This document shows positions 29,934 through 40,034 of a DNA stretch of 64,000 nt, in pieces; positions within the stretch are counted from its first letter, which is position 1; each line of letters opens with the position of its first letter. The stretch is from an uncultured cyanobacterium (lineage in GTDB: Bacteria > Cyanobacteriota > Cyanobacteriia > Pseudanabaenales > Pseudanabaenaceae): NCBI GenBank assembly GCA_963703315.1, contig OY969811.1, forward strand, positions 576,001 to 640,000, in the 5' to 3' direction. The notes beneath the pieces are model-generated. The model did no database searches. It worked only from the letters and a program-made list of their open reading frames with translations, and was not told the origin of the DNA. The position numbers were made by a program, and so were the translations under genes.

Positions 29934-30630
29934 TCTGAATTTTTTAAGATTTTTGAAAAAGTTTCTGTTTATTGATTAGAAATTCTTATAGCTTGTCTTT
30001 AAATGTTTTGCTTAACTTCTGAGTGATTCCTATCTAGTTACGATTTTTTTCAAGGCAAAAATCTAAATTGAGTTCAAATTGGATAAATTTACTAAAATGT
30101 TTTTAAATAATGGGAATAAATTTGATTTTAGTATCTATCTAAGGATTGATTTATTGTTATTTATGGCATTTTGTTTCTGGGATCACTGCTTTATAAGGTT
30201 TACAAGTGAACAAAACTGAAGATCGATAACGATCTAAGCCGAAATTTTCTGGTTTGTTGATGTGTGATGCATATAAAAATTTTTTGAGTACAAAAATGCC
30301 TACTCCTAAAGGCATACTTTTGTAGATGTTTTTATGTGATTATTGGCACAAAGTTCCATTTTTATAAACAATTCTAATGAGAAAGAAGCAAAATTTAGAT
30401 TTTTAATGAGAAAGAAACCCTAAAAAGCTTGTCTGGAAATGGTTTGACTTCTAAATTATGGCTATTTCAAATAACCATGTTAATCTGAACGACATGAACA
30501 AAACATCAAACAGTTTGTTCCCAAATCACCAAAACTATTTGTCTGCGATTTAGCTTGTAAGTATGTAATGCAAGCCAAATCAAGCTCTCATGTTTAATCT
30601 AGTCGTTTATCTTCATTTTCTGCTTTACCT

Positions 30631-31767
30631 ATGCTTAATTGGAACTGGAGCTATACTCTCTCTACCTCAGTAGTAGCTCTTGCTATCATCTCAAGTCTCG
30701 CTAGCCATAGCGCACAGGCACAAACAGGATCTGCATCAGAAGTCCAAGCAACCAACGCTTCTACTTCTCTCTCTAATTCACCAAAATCTCCATCTACTTC
30801 TTTGAAAATTGGTGAAACGCGATCGCAATCGCTAGTTAAAACCAAAGACGATTCGATCGCTCGGATTCACACCCATAAGTTAAACGGCAAAAATGCAGCT
30901 ACAGTATACGTTCGAGGTATTCCTGTAGTTACTTACATTGAGTCCGAAGAAACCACAAAATCAACATTAGAAAATACTCAACTCGAAGCATCAAGCTCAT
31001 CAAAAGTCAAAAGTGAGCCTAAAGGTGCAATTAAAAAGAATTCTGAATCAGTTAAGTTACCTGCAAGCAATATTAATTTAGAAACTAGCAGTTCAAATAG
31101 TCCATCAAAGTCCGCCGAAGATAGCTCTGAAAGTCTGCTAACGTCCCCAAATCCTATTGAACGGGCAACTGCTGCCGCTGCCTTAATTAATCAACTCAAT
31201 CGTGATGGTCTAGACGCGAGTAAGATTATTCCTGCTTGGAAAAATGGTAATTATGTAATTAACCTTGGCGATCGCGCCACGCTGAAGTTTGATCAGCAAT
31301 CGGTTTTCCCAGAGTCCCAGCAAAACTCAACTCAAGACGTTTTAGAATCAGCCAATCTTTTACGTCGTCTGTTAGGTGGTGCTAACCCAGTATCTGAAGT
31401 TATTAATGCACCGAAACCTAAAGCTTCTTCAGCTAATACTGCTTTTAGTCCTACTTTAAACAACAGCATCGTCGGTGTAATGTCAGGCATGGCATCATGG
31501 TATGGACCTGGTTTTGATGGCAACTATAGCGCTAGTGGGGAAATTTTTAGAGCTAGTGAGTTAACTGCGGCTCATCCCAGCTTGCCCTTTGGTACTTTGG
31601 TGCGCGTTGTCAATATGGATAACGGTCAGTCAGTGGTGGTACGCATTAACGATCGTGGTCCCTATGCTCATGGTCGAGTCATTGATATCTCCACAGCAGC
31701 AGCTAATGTTATTGGTTTGGTTTCTTCGGGAGTAGCACCTGTCAGACTAGAAGTTTTGTCAAAGTGA
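30631..31767 (+). CDS. rlpA: RlpA-family septal lytic transglycosylase
   Basis: Signal peptide; C-terminal domain GMASWYGPGF..LTAAHPSLPFGTLVRV..VVVRINDRGPY..IDIS. Confidence 0.9.
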   Translation: MLNWNWSYTLSTSVVALAIISSLASHSAQAQTGSASEVQATNASTSLSNSPKSPSTSLKIGETRSQSLVKTKDDSIARIHTHKLNGKNAATVYVRGIPVVTYIESEETTKSTLENTQLEASSSSKVKSEPKGAIKKNSESVKLPASNINLETSSSNSPSKSAEDSSESLLTSPNPIERATAAAALINQLNRDGLDASKIIPAWKNGNYVINLGDRATLKFDQQSVFPESQQNSTQDVLESANLLRRLLGGANPVSEVINAPKPKASSANTAFSPTLNNSIVGVMSGMASWYGPGFDGNYSASGEIFRASELTAAHPSLPFGTLVRVVNMDNGQSVVVRINDRGPYAHGRVIDISTAAANVIGLVSSGVAPVRLEVLSK

Positions 31768-31808
31768 TTAATAAGTTTGTGGGGATTTGCGCCACAAACT
31801 TATTAATC
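31766..31808. terminator. Hairpin overlapping the rlpA stop codon
   Basis: GATTAATAAGTTTGTGG...CCACAAACTTATTAATC. Confidence 0.7.
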
Positions 31809-31895
31809 CCAAAATGCTGTAATTTAAAGAAAAATTAGTCGTCTCTGTCAGGAGGCGGCTATGCTTTTTGATGACAGTTTTATCGAGGTGATGAC

Positions 31896-33470
31896 TTGAC
31901 ACAGCTATTTACCACGATCGCTTCTTTGCGTAAATATTTGACTGCTCAGAAATCAAAAGGGGCATTAGGACAAGTATCAGTGGGGCTTGTTCCGACGATG
32001 GGTGCTTTGCACATCGGGCATTTAAGCTTAATCGATCGCGCTAGGACTGAGAATGCTTGTGTCGTTGTCAGTATTTTTGTCAATCCTTTGCAATTTGGTG
32101 CAGGTGAAGACTTTGACAAATATCCACGAACTTTAGATAAAGATCGTCAGATGTGTGAAACGGCGGGAGTTGATGCAATTTTTGCACCAGAAGCTGCGGA
32201 GATGGGGGTAAGCGATCGCGAAATGACTCAAGTCATACCGCCGTTCGCCATGACGGAAATCCTCTGTGGGCGATCGCGAGTTGGACATTTTCAAGGTGTG
32301 GCGACCATCGTTACTAAGCTCTTGAATGCTGTCCAACCTGACCGAGCTTACTTTGGTAACAAAGATGGTCAGCAACTGGCGATTATTCGGCAATTAGTTG
32401 ATGATTTAAACTTGCCTGTCGAGATTATCGGCTGTCCGACTATTCGTGAACCTAGTGGGTTAGCCTATAGCTCACGCAATCAGTATCTATCTGAAAGCGA
32501 TCGCATTTTGGCAGCCCATATCTATCAAAGCCTGTTGCAAGCCCAACAGCAATTTTTTCTCTGCTATGAATTTTGTTCCCCATCACAAATTCTTGATGCA
32601 GCCCGTAACTATCTCGCTAAGCTACCTGATATCAACCTAGAGTATATTGAATTAGTTGAGGCAAAGACCCTGCAACCATGCATTCAAATTACCTCTGAAG
32701 CCGAACTAATGCTAGCAATCGCGGCTCGTATTGGAAATACACGTTTAATCGATAATATTTTGCTGAGTCACACTATTACCCCTCGAAAACCGATCATCGC
32801 GATCGATGGTCCCGCAGGTGCAGGAAAATCCACTGTCACCAAACAGGTTGCCAATAAATTAGGCTTACTATTTTTAGATACAGGTGCAATGTACCGTAGC
32901 GTGACGCTGGCTGTGTTACGAGAAGGCATTGACCTGCGCGATCAACAACAAGTACAGGAAATCGCCGCCAAATCTAAAATTCAACTGTTTGCCAATCCGA
33001 TCGCAGGTCAGCCCATGCAAGTCCTGCTCAACGGAGAAGATATTACAGCAGAAATTCGGATGCCTGAAGTGACGGCAAATGTATCGGCGATCGCCGCTCA
33101 AGCTGAGGTGCGGAAAATTTTAGTGAAGCAGCAACAACTAATTGGGCAGTCAGGGGGCGTGGTCATGGAAGGTCGTGACATCGGAACCAAAGTATTTCCT
33201 GATGCTGAAGTCAAAATATTTTTAACCGCCTCTGCTCAAGAGCGAGCTAAACGCCGCCAAGCTGATTTAACTACTCAAGGTCAAGTTGCCCCCGATCTTG
33301 CCACCCTTGAGCAGGAAATCCAAGAACGCGATCGCAAGGACTCCACTCGCGACCATTCACCTCTGACTCAAGCGATCGATGCAACTTTAGTCAACACAGA
33401 TGGTCTAACCATAGAAGAAGTGGTCGCAGCCATTGTAAATTTGTATGAACAAAAGGTACAAAAACCATGA
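31896..33470 (+). CDS. panC/cmk: Bifunctional pantoate-beta-alanine ligase / cytidylate kinase
   Basis: VPTMGALHIGHLSL, SIFVNPLQF, HFQGVATIV, SSRNQYL, RLIDN, followed by IAIDGPAGAGKST, DTGAMYR, MEGRDIGT. Confidence 0.96.
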   Translation: MTQLFTTIASLRKYLTAQKSKGALGQVSVGLVPTMGALHIGHLSLIDRARTENACVVVSIFVNPLQFGAGEDFDKYPRTLDKDRQMCETAGVDAIFAPEAAEMGVSDREMTQVIPPFAMTEILCGRSRVGHFQGVATIVTKLLNAVQPDRAYFGNKDGQQLAIIRQLVDDLNLPVEIIGCPTIREPSGLAYSSRNQYLSESDRILAAHIYQSLLQAQQQFFLCYEFCSPSQILDAARNYLAKLPDINLEYIELVEAKTLQPCIQITSEAELMLAIAARIGNTRLIDNILLSHTITPRKPIIAIDGPAGAGKSTVTKQVANKLGLLFLDTGAMYRSVTLAVLREGIDLRDQQQVQEIAAKSKIQLFANPIAGQPMQVLLNGEDITAEIRMPEVTANVSAIAAQAEVRKILVKQQQLIGQSGGVVMEGRDIGTKVFPDAEVKIFLTASAQERAKRRQADLTTQGQVAPDLATLEQEIQERDRKDSTRDHSPLTQAIDATLVNTDGLTIEEVVAAIVNLYEQKVQKP

Positions 33471-34006
33471 AATCGCCAATTCTCAAACTGCTTTTAATTG
33501 TGATGCCGATTTTGGCGATCGCCTCTAGTTCGTTGCCATCTACCCAAGCCCAAACCAGCACTGCCTTAACAATCCGTGCTGATGTCCAAGAAGCTAACTC
33601 GATCACAGGGGTAGTCACCGCCACAGGCAACGTCAAAATGACCTATCCCGCCCGACAGATTGATGCGATCGCTGAGCAAGCACAGTATTTTTCTAAGGAG
33701 CAGCGCGTAATTTTGACAGGCAATGTCGTAATTACCCAAGAAGGCGTAAATAGCATCAAGGCTCAAACTGTGACCTATCTAGTGACGGAAGGTAAATTTG
33801 TGGCATCCCCACAAGCTAATCAACAGGTCGAAACAATTTATGTAGTGCAAGACCGAGGAGTCACAGAGACTCCAGCCACTTCTACGACACCCGTCACCCA
33901 AATTAAACCATCTTTTAAAAAACAACAAGTTAGCCCATCCACCTCAACGATTTCTCCTGAAAAGTTGCCCACAAAACCACAAGAAATTATTCCTGATGGT
34001 AAGTAA
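33467..34006 (+). CDS. lptA: LptA/OstA-family LPS transport periplasmic protein
   Basis: Signal peptide; IRADVQEANSITGVVTATGNV, VILTGNVVITQ; directly upstream of lptB. Confidence 0.85.
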   Translation: MKSPILKLLLIVMPILAIASSSLPSTQAQTSTALTIRADVQEANSITGVVTATGNVKMTYPARQIDAIAEQAQYFSKEQRVILTGNVVITQEGVNSIKAQTVTYLVTEGKFVASPQANQQVETIYVVQDRGVTETPATSTTPVTQIKPSFKKQQVSPSTSTISPEKLPTKPQEIIPDGK

Positions 34007-34010
34007 AAGT

Positions 34011-34077
34011 AATTACGAATTACGAGTTGTTAATTCGTAATTCGTAATTCGTAATTTTTAATTCGTAATTCGTAATT
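34011..34077. repeat. Heptamer short tandem repeats (STRR-like) in inverted arrangement
   Basis: (AATTACG)x2, then (TAATTCG)x3, TAATTTT, (TAATTCG)x2; the two unit types are reverse-complement rotations of each other. Confidence 0.85.
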
Positions 34078-34100
34078 CCTAACCAACTATCAACTGAGTA

Positions 34101-34829
34101 ATGCAAATCACCCTCGATAACGTTAGTAAAAACTACGGTGGTAGACAAGTAGTTCAACAAGTTAGTCTCACTGTCAAGCAAGGAGAAATTGTCGGACTGC
34201 TAGGACCAAATGGTGCTGGTAAAACTACCTCTTTTTACATGGCAACAGGACTAGTCCAGCCCGATAGCGGTAATGTGTGGCTAGATCAACAAGACATTAC
34301 TCGGCTCCCAATTCATCGACGGGCGCGGATGGGTATGGCGTATCTTGCTCAAGAGGCAACTATTTTTCGCCAATTATCGGTACGTGACAATCTCATGCTG
34401 GTGATGCAGCAAACTAATGTACCAAAGCAGTTACAAATACATCGACTTCGTACTTTATTAGAAGAATTTCGCTTAACTAAAATTGCTGATACGATGGGAA
34501 TCCAAGTTTCGGGAGGAGAACGTCGCCGTACCGAAATTGCCAGAGCCTTGGCGGTCGGTGTGGAAGGTCCTAAATTTATTTTGCTAGATGAGCCTTTTGC
34601 AGGTATCGATCCCATTGCCGTTGGTGAAATTCAGACAATTATTAGAAATCTGCGCGATCGCAATATGGGCGTGTTAATCACCGACCATAATGTTCGCGAA
34701 ACTTTATCAATCACTGATCGCGCCTATATCATGCGTGATGGTGAAGTTTTTGCCGATGGCTCTAGTCGAGAATTAGCAGATGATCCTGATGTTCGCAAGT
34801 ACTATCTCGGTGAAAAATTTCATTTTTAG
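34101..34829 (+). CDS. lptB: LPS export ABC transporter ATPase
   Basis: GLLGPNGAGKTTSFYM, YLAQEATIFR, VSGGERRRTEIARAL, LLDEPFAGIDP, ITDHNVRETL. Confidence 0.96.
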   Translation: MQITLDNVSKNYGGRQVVQQVSLTVKQGEIVGLLGPNGAGKTTSFYMATGLVQPDSGNVWLDQQDITRLPIHRRARMGMAYLAQEATIFRQLSVRDNLMLVMQQTNVPKQLQIHRLRTLLEEFRLTKIADTMGIQVSGGERRRTEIARALAVGVEGPKFILLDEPFAGIDPIAVGEIQTIIRNLRDRNMGVLITDHNVRETLSITDRAYIMRDGEVFADGSSRELADDPDVRKYYLGEKFHF

Positions 34830-34870
34830 TTGCCTGATTACAAAAGCAGTAAATTAAAACGTAAAAAACA

Positions 34871-35140
34871 ATGCAAAAAACGATCACGATTAACCTAACC
34901 CCCGAAGGAAATTTACAACTTCCTCTAGAGCTTCGCGATCGCTTTTCCAACGGTGAAGAGTACTTAGTTACTACAACCGAAGATACCATTACATTTAGGA
35001 AAAACACTAAATTAAGTTGGGAAGAACTCAGACAAAGACGAAATTTGATTGATGACGATCCCGAAGCTCTTTCGACTGAAGAAATTTGTGAAATTGTCAA
35101 AGAAGTTCGCAAAGAATTACGCAAAGAAGCATCAAGATGA
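34871..35140 (+). CDS. AbrB/MazE-like putative antitoxin
   Basis: INLTPEGNLQLPLELRDRF..EEYLV..ITFRK (swapped-hairpin pattern); ATGA overlap with the PIN gene. Confidence 0.7.
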   Translation: MQKTITINLTPEGNLQLPLELRDRFSNGEEYLVTTTEDTITFRKNTKLSWEELRQRRNLIDDDPEALSTEEICEIVKEVRKELRKEASR

Positions 35141-35361
35141 TCGTAGTTTTAGATACGAATATTTGGGTGTCTGCTATTATTTGGGGTGGAATCCCCGATC
35201 AGATTGTTTCTCTAAAGCAACTGGGACAGATAGAAATAGCTAAAGCTGATGTAATTGTTACAGGCGATCTTGATTTGTTAGTTTTAGCAGAATATGCAAA
35301 TATTCAGATTATGAATGCCAAAATTTTTTGGCAACGATACTTTGCTAATTATTTGGAATAA
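35137..35361 (+). pseudogene. PIN-domain toxin with an apparent in-frame internal deletion
   Basis: The N-terminal motif VVLDTNIWVSAIIWGG is joined almost directly to the C-terminal motif KADVIVTGDLDLL; 74 aa versus roughly 130-140 for intact members. Confidence 0.75.
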
Positions 35362-35406
35362 AACTCCAAAAACCTGTAATCTCGATCCAAGTCAATAACC
35401 TAGAAA

Positions 35407-36594
35407 ATGGCTACCTCACAAACGACTCAACCGAGGAAAAAAGTTACAAACGTGTCGCAGGGATGGCTACCAAGACTATCGATCATGGATCGCTATTTAT
35501 TCACGCAGATGCTCACACCCTTTCTCTTTGGTGTTGGTGCATTCTCCTCCGTGATCTTAGCGATCGGCTCACTGTTTGAACTTATCCGCCTGATCACGGA
35601 TTCGGGATTAAGTGTCTTAACTGCACTTCAGATTTTTGGGTATCAAGTCCCAGGGTTTATGGTGTACTCATTCCCGATGTCAATGCTGCTAGCAACATTG
35701 CTCTCCTACAGCCGTATGTCTGGTGATGGAGAAACAACTGCCTTACGCAGTTGTGGTGTCAGTGCTTACCGTTTAGTTGCACCTGCGTTGGTGCTAAGCC
35801 TGTTGGTGACGGGCATGACCTATGTATTTAATGAGGCGATCGTCCCTGCGGCTAATTGGCAATCGCGGAGTACTTTACGGGCAGCTTTAAATGAAGAAAG
35901 CCTTCAGTTTAAGCGCCAAGATATTGTCTACCAGCAGTATGGTGACGTGGAGCTAGAAAATGGCACAATTAAACAAGGCTTGATCCGTAGTTTTTATGCG
36001 CGTAGCTTTGATGGTCAAGAAATGCGCGGTTTGACAGTATTAGACTTTTCACAGGGCAAAGTTCAGCAAATTTTGGCGGCGGAGTCAGCCGTTTGGTTGT
36101 CTGATCAAAATGTCTGGAGATTTAATAAAGGGACAACCTATTTAATTGGTTCAGATGGGAACTACCGTAGTATTCTCCGATTTCAACAGCAAAACTTACA
36201 ACTACCTCGCGCTCCTTTAGACTTAGCCCAAGAGCAACGTAGTGCCGAAGAAATGAATATTACTGATATTCGCCGTAATATTGCCCTACTCAAGACATCT
36301 GGAAATACCAAAGAAATCCGTAAGTTAGAGGTAAAACTTGAGCAAAAGTATGCTCTTCCCTTTATCTGTGTGGTTTTTGCGATCGTTGGGGCTTCATTAG
36401 GAATGCGTCCTCAACGTACTGGTGCAGCACTTGGATTTGGTTTAAGTGTCTTAATTATTTTTGGATATTATTTATTGCTGTTTATCTGTGGTGCGTTAGG
36501 TCAAGTAGAGTTTCTCTCACCGATCGCTGCTGCATGGATGCCTAACTTAATTGGCTTAATGGCTGGAATTGTCATCCTGACCCGCGTTACCTAA
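35407..36594 (+). CDS. LptF/LptG-family LPS export permease
   Basis: IMDRYL, PMSMLLATLLSYSRMSGDGETTALRSCGVS, KYALPFICVVF, AAWMPNL. Confidence 0.92.
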   Translation: MATSQTTQPRKKVTNVSQGWLPRLSIMDRYLFTQMLTPFLFGVGAFSSVILAIGSLFELIRLITDSGLSVLTALQIFGYQVPGFMVYSFPMSMLLATLLSYSRMSGDGETTALRSCGVSAYRLVAPALVLSLLVTGMTYVFNEAIVPAANWQSRSTLRAALNEESLQFKRQDIVYQQYGDVELENGTIKQGLIRSFYARSFDGQEMRGLTVLDFSQGKVQQILAAESAVWLSDQNVWRFNKGTTYLIGSDGNYRSILRFQQQNLQLPRAPLDLAQEQRSAEEMNITDIRRNIALLKTSGNTKEIRKLEVKLEQKYALPFICVVFAIVGASLGMRPQRTGAALGFGLSVLIIFGYYLLLFICGALGQVEFLSPIAAAWMPNLIGLMAGIVILTRVT

Positions 36595-36604
36595 ACTGAA
36601 GAAT

Positions 36605-36646
36605 CTGCCGAAGGTGGGAACAGACCCTGTGTACCTCACTCGCTCG
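36605..36646. repeat. Degenerate fragment of a family B element
   Basis: CTGCCGAAGGTGGGAACAGACCCTGTGTACCTCACTCGCTCG aligns with part of the reverse complement of 49949-50043. Confidence 0.5.
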
Positions 36647-36687
36647 TTTACAATGGGTTAGTTACATTGTTTTTGCCCAAAATTTGA

Positions 36688-39372
36688 ATGGCTGAATTAG
36701 TTCTGTCCTCGGCTCTAGTCAATCGCGCTGCCCTCACACCAATGATGCAGCACTACATCGACATGAAGGAGCAGTATCCCCATGCGGTGATGTTGTATCG
36801 ACTAGGAGATTTCTTTGAAGCATTTTTTGAGGATGCAGAACTAATTTCGCGGGAATTGGAATTGGTGTTAACGGGGCGCGATGGTGGTAAGGCGATCGGA
36901 CGCATCGCGATGGCAGGAATCCCTCACCATGCTCTTGATCGCTATGCCAATCAGTTAGTTGAAAAAGGCTACTCGATCGCTGTTTGTGATCAAATGGAAG
37001 CGGCTTCAGAAGCACAGGGATTAGTCCGCCGTGAGGTGACGCGAGTAATCACCCCCGGAACCGTGATCGAAGAGGGGATGCTGGCGGCGAAAAAAAATAA
37101 TTTCTTAGTGGCGATCGCCAATGGTGGTGAGAATTGGGGCTTAGCCTATACCGATATTTCCACGGGAGAATTTGCAGTTACCCAGTTAAATAGCACTGAT
37201 CATCTGATTCAAGAACTATTACGCTTGCAACCTGCGGAAGTTCTTATTCCCATTGATGTACCAAATCCGCAATTATTTCGCGGTTCTAAAGCTGAAAAGA
37301 CCGAAGCATTTTGGGAAGGCATTTCGCAAAAGAAACAATCTGCTTTACCTGAACCCTATAGTGCTTTACCTGAGAGCTTTTGCTATACACCGCGATCGCA
37401 ATCTGGTTTTGCCTTAGCCGAAGCCAAACAACGAATTCTTGATACATTTCGAGTGCGATCGCTAGAAGGTTTTGGCTGTAAGTCTTTACCGTTAGCAATT
37501 AGGGCGGCAGGGGGGATTTTAGAATATCTCGAATCTACCCAAAAAAGTGTGAAGATGCCCTTGCAAGGGATTTCTACCTATGCGATCGCTGATTATTTAA
37601 TCCTCGACAATCAAACGCGCCGCAATCTCGAAATTACCCAAACCGTGCGCGATGGCACTTATTACAGTTCACTTCTATGGGCGCTGGATAAAACTACTAC
37701 AGGCATGGGTAGCCGCGCTTTACGTCGTTGGCTATTGCAACCGCTTAAAGATATCGCCGCGATTAATGAACGTCTCGATACAATTACGGAACTATTCAAA
37801 CAACATTCTCTACGGAAGAATTTGCGAAGTTGTTTGAGTCAAATCTATGACATCGAACGATTATGCAGTCGCATCGGTGCAGGTACGGCAAACGGTCGCG
37901 ATTTAATTGCTGTTGCCGTATCTTTAGAAAGAATGCGCGATGTTGCTGACGTGGTTGCTAAATCTCATTCTCGCTATTTAAAAGCGTTGCAGTCCGTGCC
38001 ATCAGAACTATTACAACTTGGTGATCAATTACAAAGAACTCTAGTAGAAGAACCACCAATTTACATTACTGAAGGCAATATCATTCGTTCAGGAGTGAAT
38101 GAACAACTCGATCACCTGCGCCAACAGAGTCGTGATGATGTGGAATGGTTGGCAGCTTTTGAGAAACAGGAAAAGGAACGTACAGGCATTAATACGCTCA
38201 AAGTCGGCTTTAACAAAGCATTTGGTTATTACATTAGTATCTCGCGCGGCAAGAGTGAACAGGCTCCTGCGGATTACATTCGTAAGCAAACTCTGACCAA
38301 TGAAGAGCGATATATCACCCCCGAACTGAAGGAACGGGAAACAAGGATTCTCAATTCTGATAGTGAACTCAAGCAATTAGAATACGATTTGTTTGTAGAG
38401 TTGCGGTTACTTGCGGCAAAGCATATTGAACCGATGCGAATTCTTGCCACTGCCCTCGCTGCTGCTGATGTGTTGTGTAGCCTTGCGGAAGTAGCTGTCA
38501 CCTATAACTATTGTCGTCCAGATCTAAAAAGCGATCGCACTCTATCAATTATCAATGGTCGTCATCCTGTCGTCGAGCAGTCCCTCCCCGCAGGGTTCTT
38601 TGTTCCTAATTCCGTACATTTAGGAAATGAGCAAGATAATGACCATCCAGATTTAATCGTGTTAACAGGTCCGAATATGAGTGGCAAAAGCATTTATCTT
38701 CGCCAAGTCGGACTCATTCAACTCATGGCGCAGGTCGGTAGTTTTGTCCCTGCGGAGTCGGCGACTTTAGGAATCTGCGATCGCATTTTTACCCGTGTTG
38801 GTGCTGTCGATGACCTAGCCACAGGGCAATCCACATTTATGGTGGAAATGAATGAAACTGCAAATATTCTTAACCATGCTAAAGATCATTCACTGGTATT
38901 ACTCGATGAAATAGGGCGTGGCACTTCCACCTTTGATGGCATGGCGATCGCATGGTCAGTTGCTGAATATATTGCCAATAAAATCAAAGCACGCGGTATC
39001 TTTGCAACCCATTATCATGAACTCAATGAACTCGCTAGCCTGCTTCCCAATGTTGCTAATTTCCAAGTTACAGTCAAGGAATTAGAAGATGAAATTGTCT
39101 TTTTGCACCAAGTTCAAGCAGGCGGTGCAGATCGTTCATACGGTATTGAGGTGGGGCGCTTAGCGGGTTTGCCTGCTACGGTGATTAGTCGTGCTAAGCA
39201 AGTATTAGAGCAAATTGCCAAAAACAGCCATATTGCCACTGGTCTGCGATCAAGTAACTCTCATAGGGAACAGAGCGAAGCTCGCGATCGCGCACTAAAT
39301 TCATCATTAAAAAATATTCAAGCTTCATCAAATGAAACCCAAATGACAATTTTTGATACTAATTCTCCCTAA
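36688..39372 (+). CDS. mutS: DNA mismatch repair protein MutS
   Basis: [73 protein letters not shown]. Confidence 0.98.
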   Translation: MAELVLSSALVNRAALTPMMQHYIDMKEQYPHAVMLYRLGDFFEAFFEDAELISRELELVLTGRDGGKAIGRIAMAGIPHHALDRYANQLVEKGYSIAVCDQMEAASEAQGLVRREVTRVITPGTVIEEGMLAAKKNNFLVAIANGGENWGLAYTDISTGEFAVTQLNSTDHLIQELLRLQPAEVLIPIDVPNPQLFRGSKAEKTEAFWEGISQKKQSALPEPYSALPESFCYTPRSQSGFALAEAKQRILDTFRVRSLEGFGCKSLPLAIRAAGGILEYLESTQKSVKMPLQGISTYAIADYLILDNQTRRNLEITQTVRDGTYYSSLLWALDKTTTGMGSRALRRWLLQPLKDIAAINERLDTITELFKQHSLRKNLRSCLSQIYDIERLCSRIGAGTANGRDLIAVAVSLERMRDVADVVAKSHSRYLKALQSVPSELLQLGDQLQRTLVEEPPIYITEGNIIRSGVNEQLDHLRQQSRDDVEWLAAFEKQEKERTGINTLKVGFNKAFGYYISISRGKSEQAPADYIRKQTLTNEERYITPELKERETRILNSDSELKQLEYDLFVELRLLAAKHIEPMRILATALAAADVLCSLAEVAVTYNYCRPDLKSDRTLSIINGRHPVVEQSLPAGFFVPNSVHLGNEQDNDHPDLIVLTGPNMSGKSIYLRQVGLIQLMAQVGSFVPAESATLGICDRIFTRVGAVDDLATGQSTFMVEMNETANILNHAKDHSLVLLDEIGRGTSTFDGMAIAWSVAEYIANKIKARGIFATHYHELNELASLLPNVANFQVTVKELEDEIVFLHQVQAGGADRSYGIEVGRLAGLPATVISRAKQVLEQIAKNSHIATGLRSSNSHREQSEARDRALNSSLKNIQASSNETQMTIFDTNSP

Positions 39373-39454
39373 TCTAAAATTTTTTAATGCTTGTTATCAA
39401 ACACTTTAGATTTGGGAAAGTTAATTTTAAGTAAATTACAATCTTCTTTTGCTA

Positions 39455-39524
39455 TACAAGGAATTGTTTTCCCGCCCTCGGCGGGAAAACAATTCCTTAC
39501 TTTACTAGACTGTGAAATGCTATA
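39455..39524. mobile_element. MITE-like family B element, left end missing
   Basis: Hairpin AAGGAATTGTTTTCCCGCC-CTC-GGCGGGAAAACAATTCCTT followed by ...AGACTGTGAAATGCTATA, matching the end of 49949-50043. Confidence 0.65.
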
Positions 39525-39656
39525 GATTAAGATGCAATTATCAGCTAAAGTGTTTTGGGGTGAAGAAACAGCTATATTTTTATTGCAAAAATATTTATCA
39601 CAAAGTATTTTTTCAATAAGTACATCGTTATACAGCCTAGTCTTGATTTACGCAAC

Positions 39657-39774
39657 AGCCCTGTAATAAATTACGGGCTAAAAGCTTAAACCCGTTTCAA
39701 CGGGTTGATCATAGGAGTGTTTTAGTCTGCTTTAGCTGACTTTAGCTTTCAGCCAAGAACTTGAGTTCTTGGTT
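39657..39774. repeat. Four-hairpin inverted doublet (REP/REPIN-like)
   Basis: AGCCCTGTAAT-AA-ATTACGGGCT; AACCCGTT-TC-AACGGGTT; AGTCTGCT-TT-AGCTGACT; AACCAAGAACT/AGTTCTTGGTT-type stem; the linkers GGCTAAAAGCTTAA and TTAGCTTTCAGCC are near reverse complements. Confidence 0.6.
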
Positions 39775-40034
39775 AGTTTGAGTAAGTCCTACTAGTAAGG
39801 CTTTCTAGTGAGGCTTTAAGTAATAAAGACAAATTTTTTAAAGCTCTAATAATCAGTACTTTTAAAAATTTCTCTGGATTTTTATTCAGCATAAAACCCT
39901 ATAATTTTTATAAAAATCAGTTAAATAACTGCTTGCAAATTACTATAAATCATGGGTTTATTTGACTCTCTTTTAAGATTAACCAAAAGATTAACCAAAG
40001 CGATCGGACACAAAATTTTTAGTAGCAAAAGCTT

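Noticed and set aside
31896..33470. panC-cmk fusion as a novelty
   Set aside because: It is the standard arrangement in cyanobacteria.
34011..34077. Heptamer array as a novel element
   Set aside because: It matches the well-known short tandem heptamer repeats of filamentous cyanobacteria.
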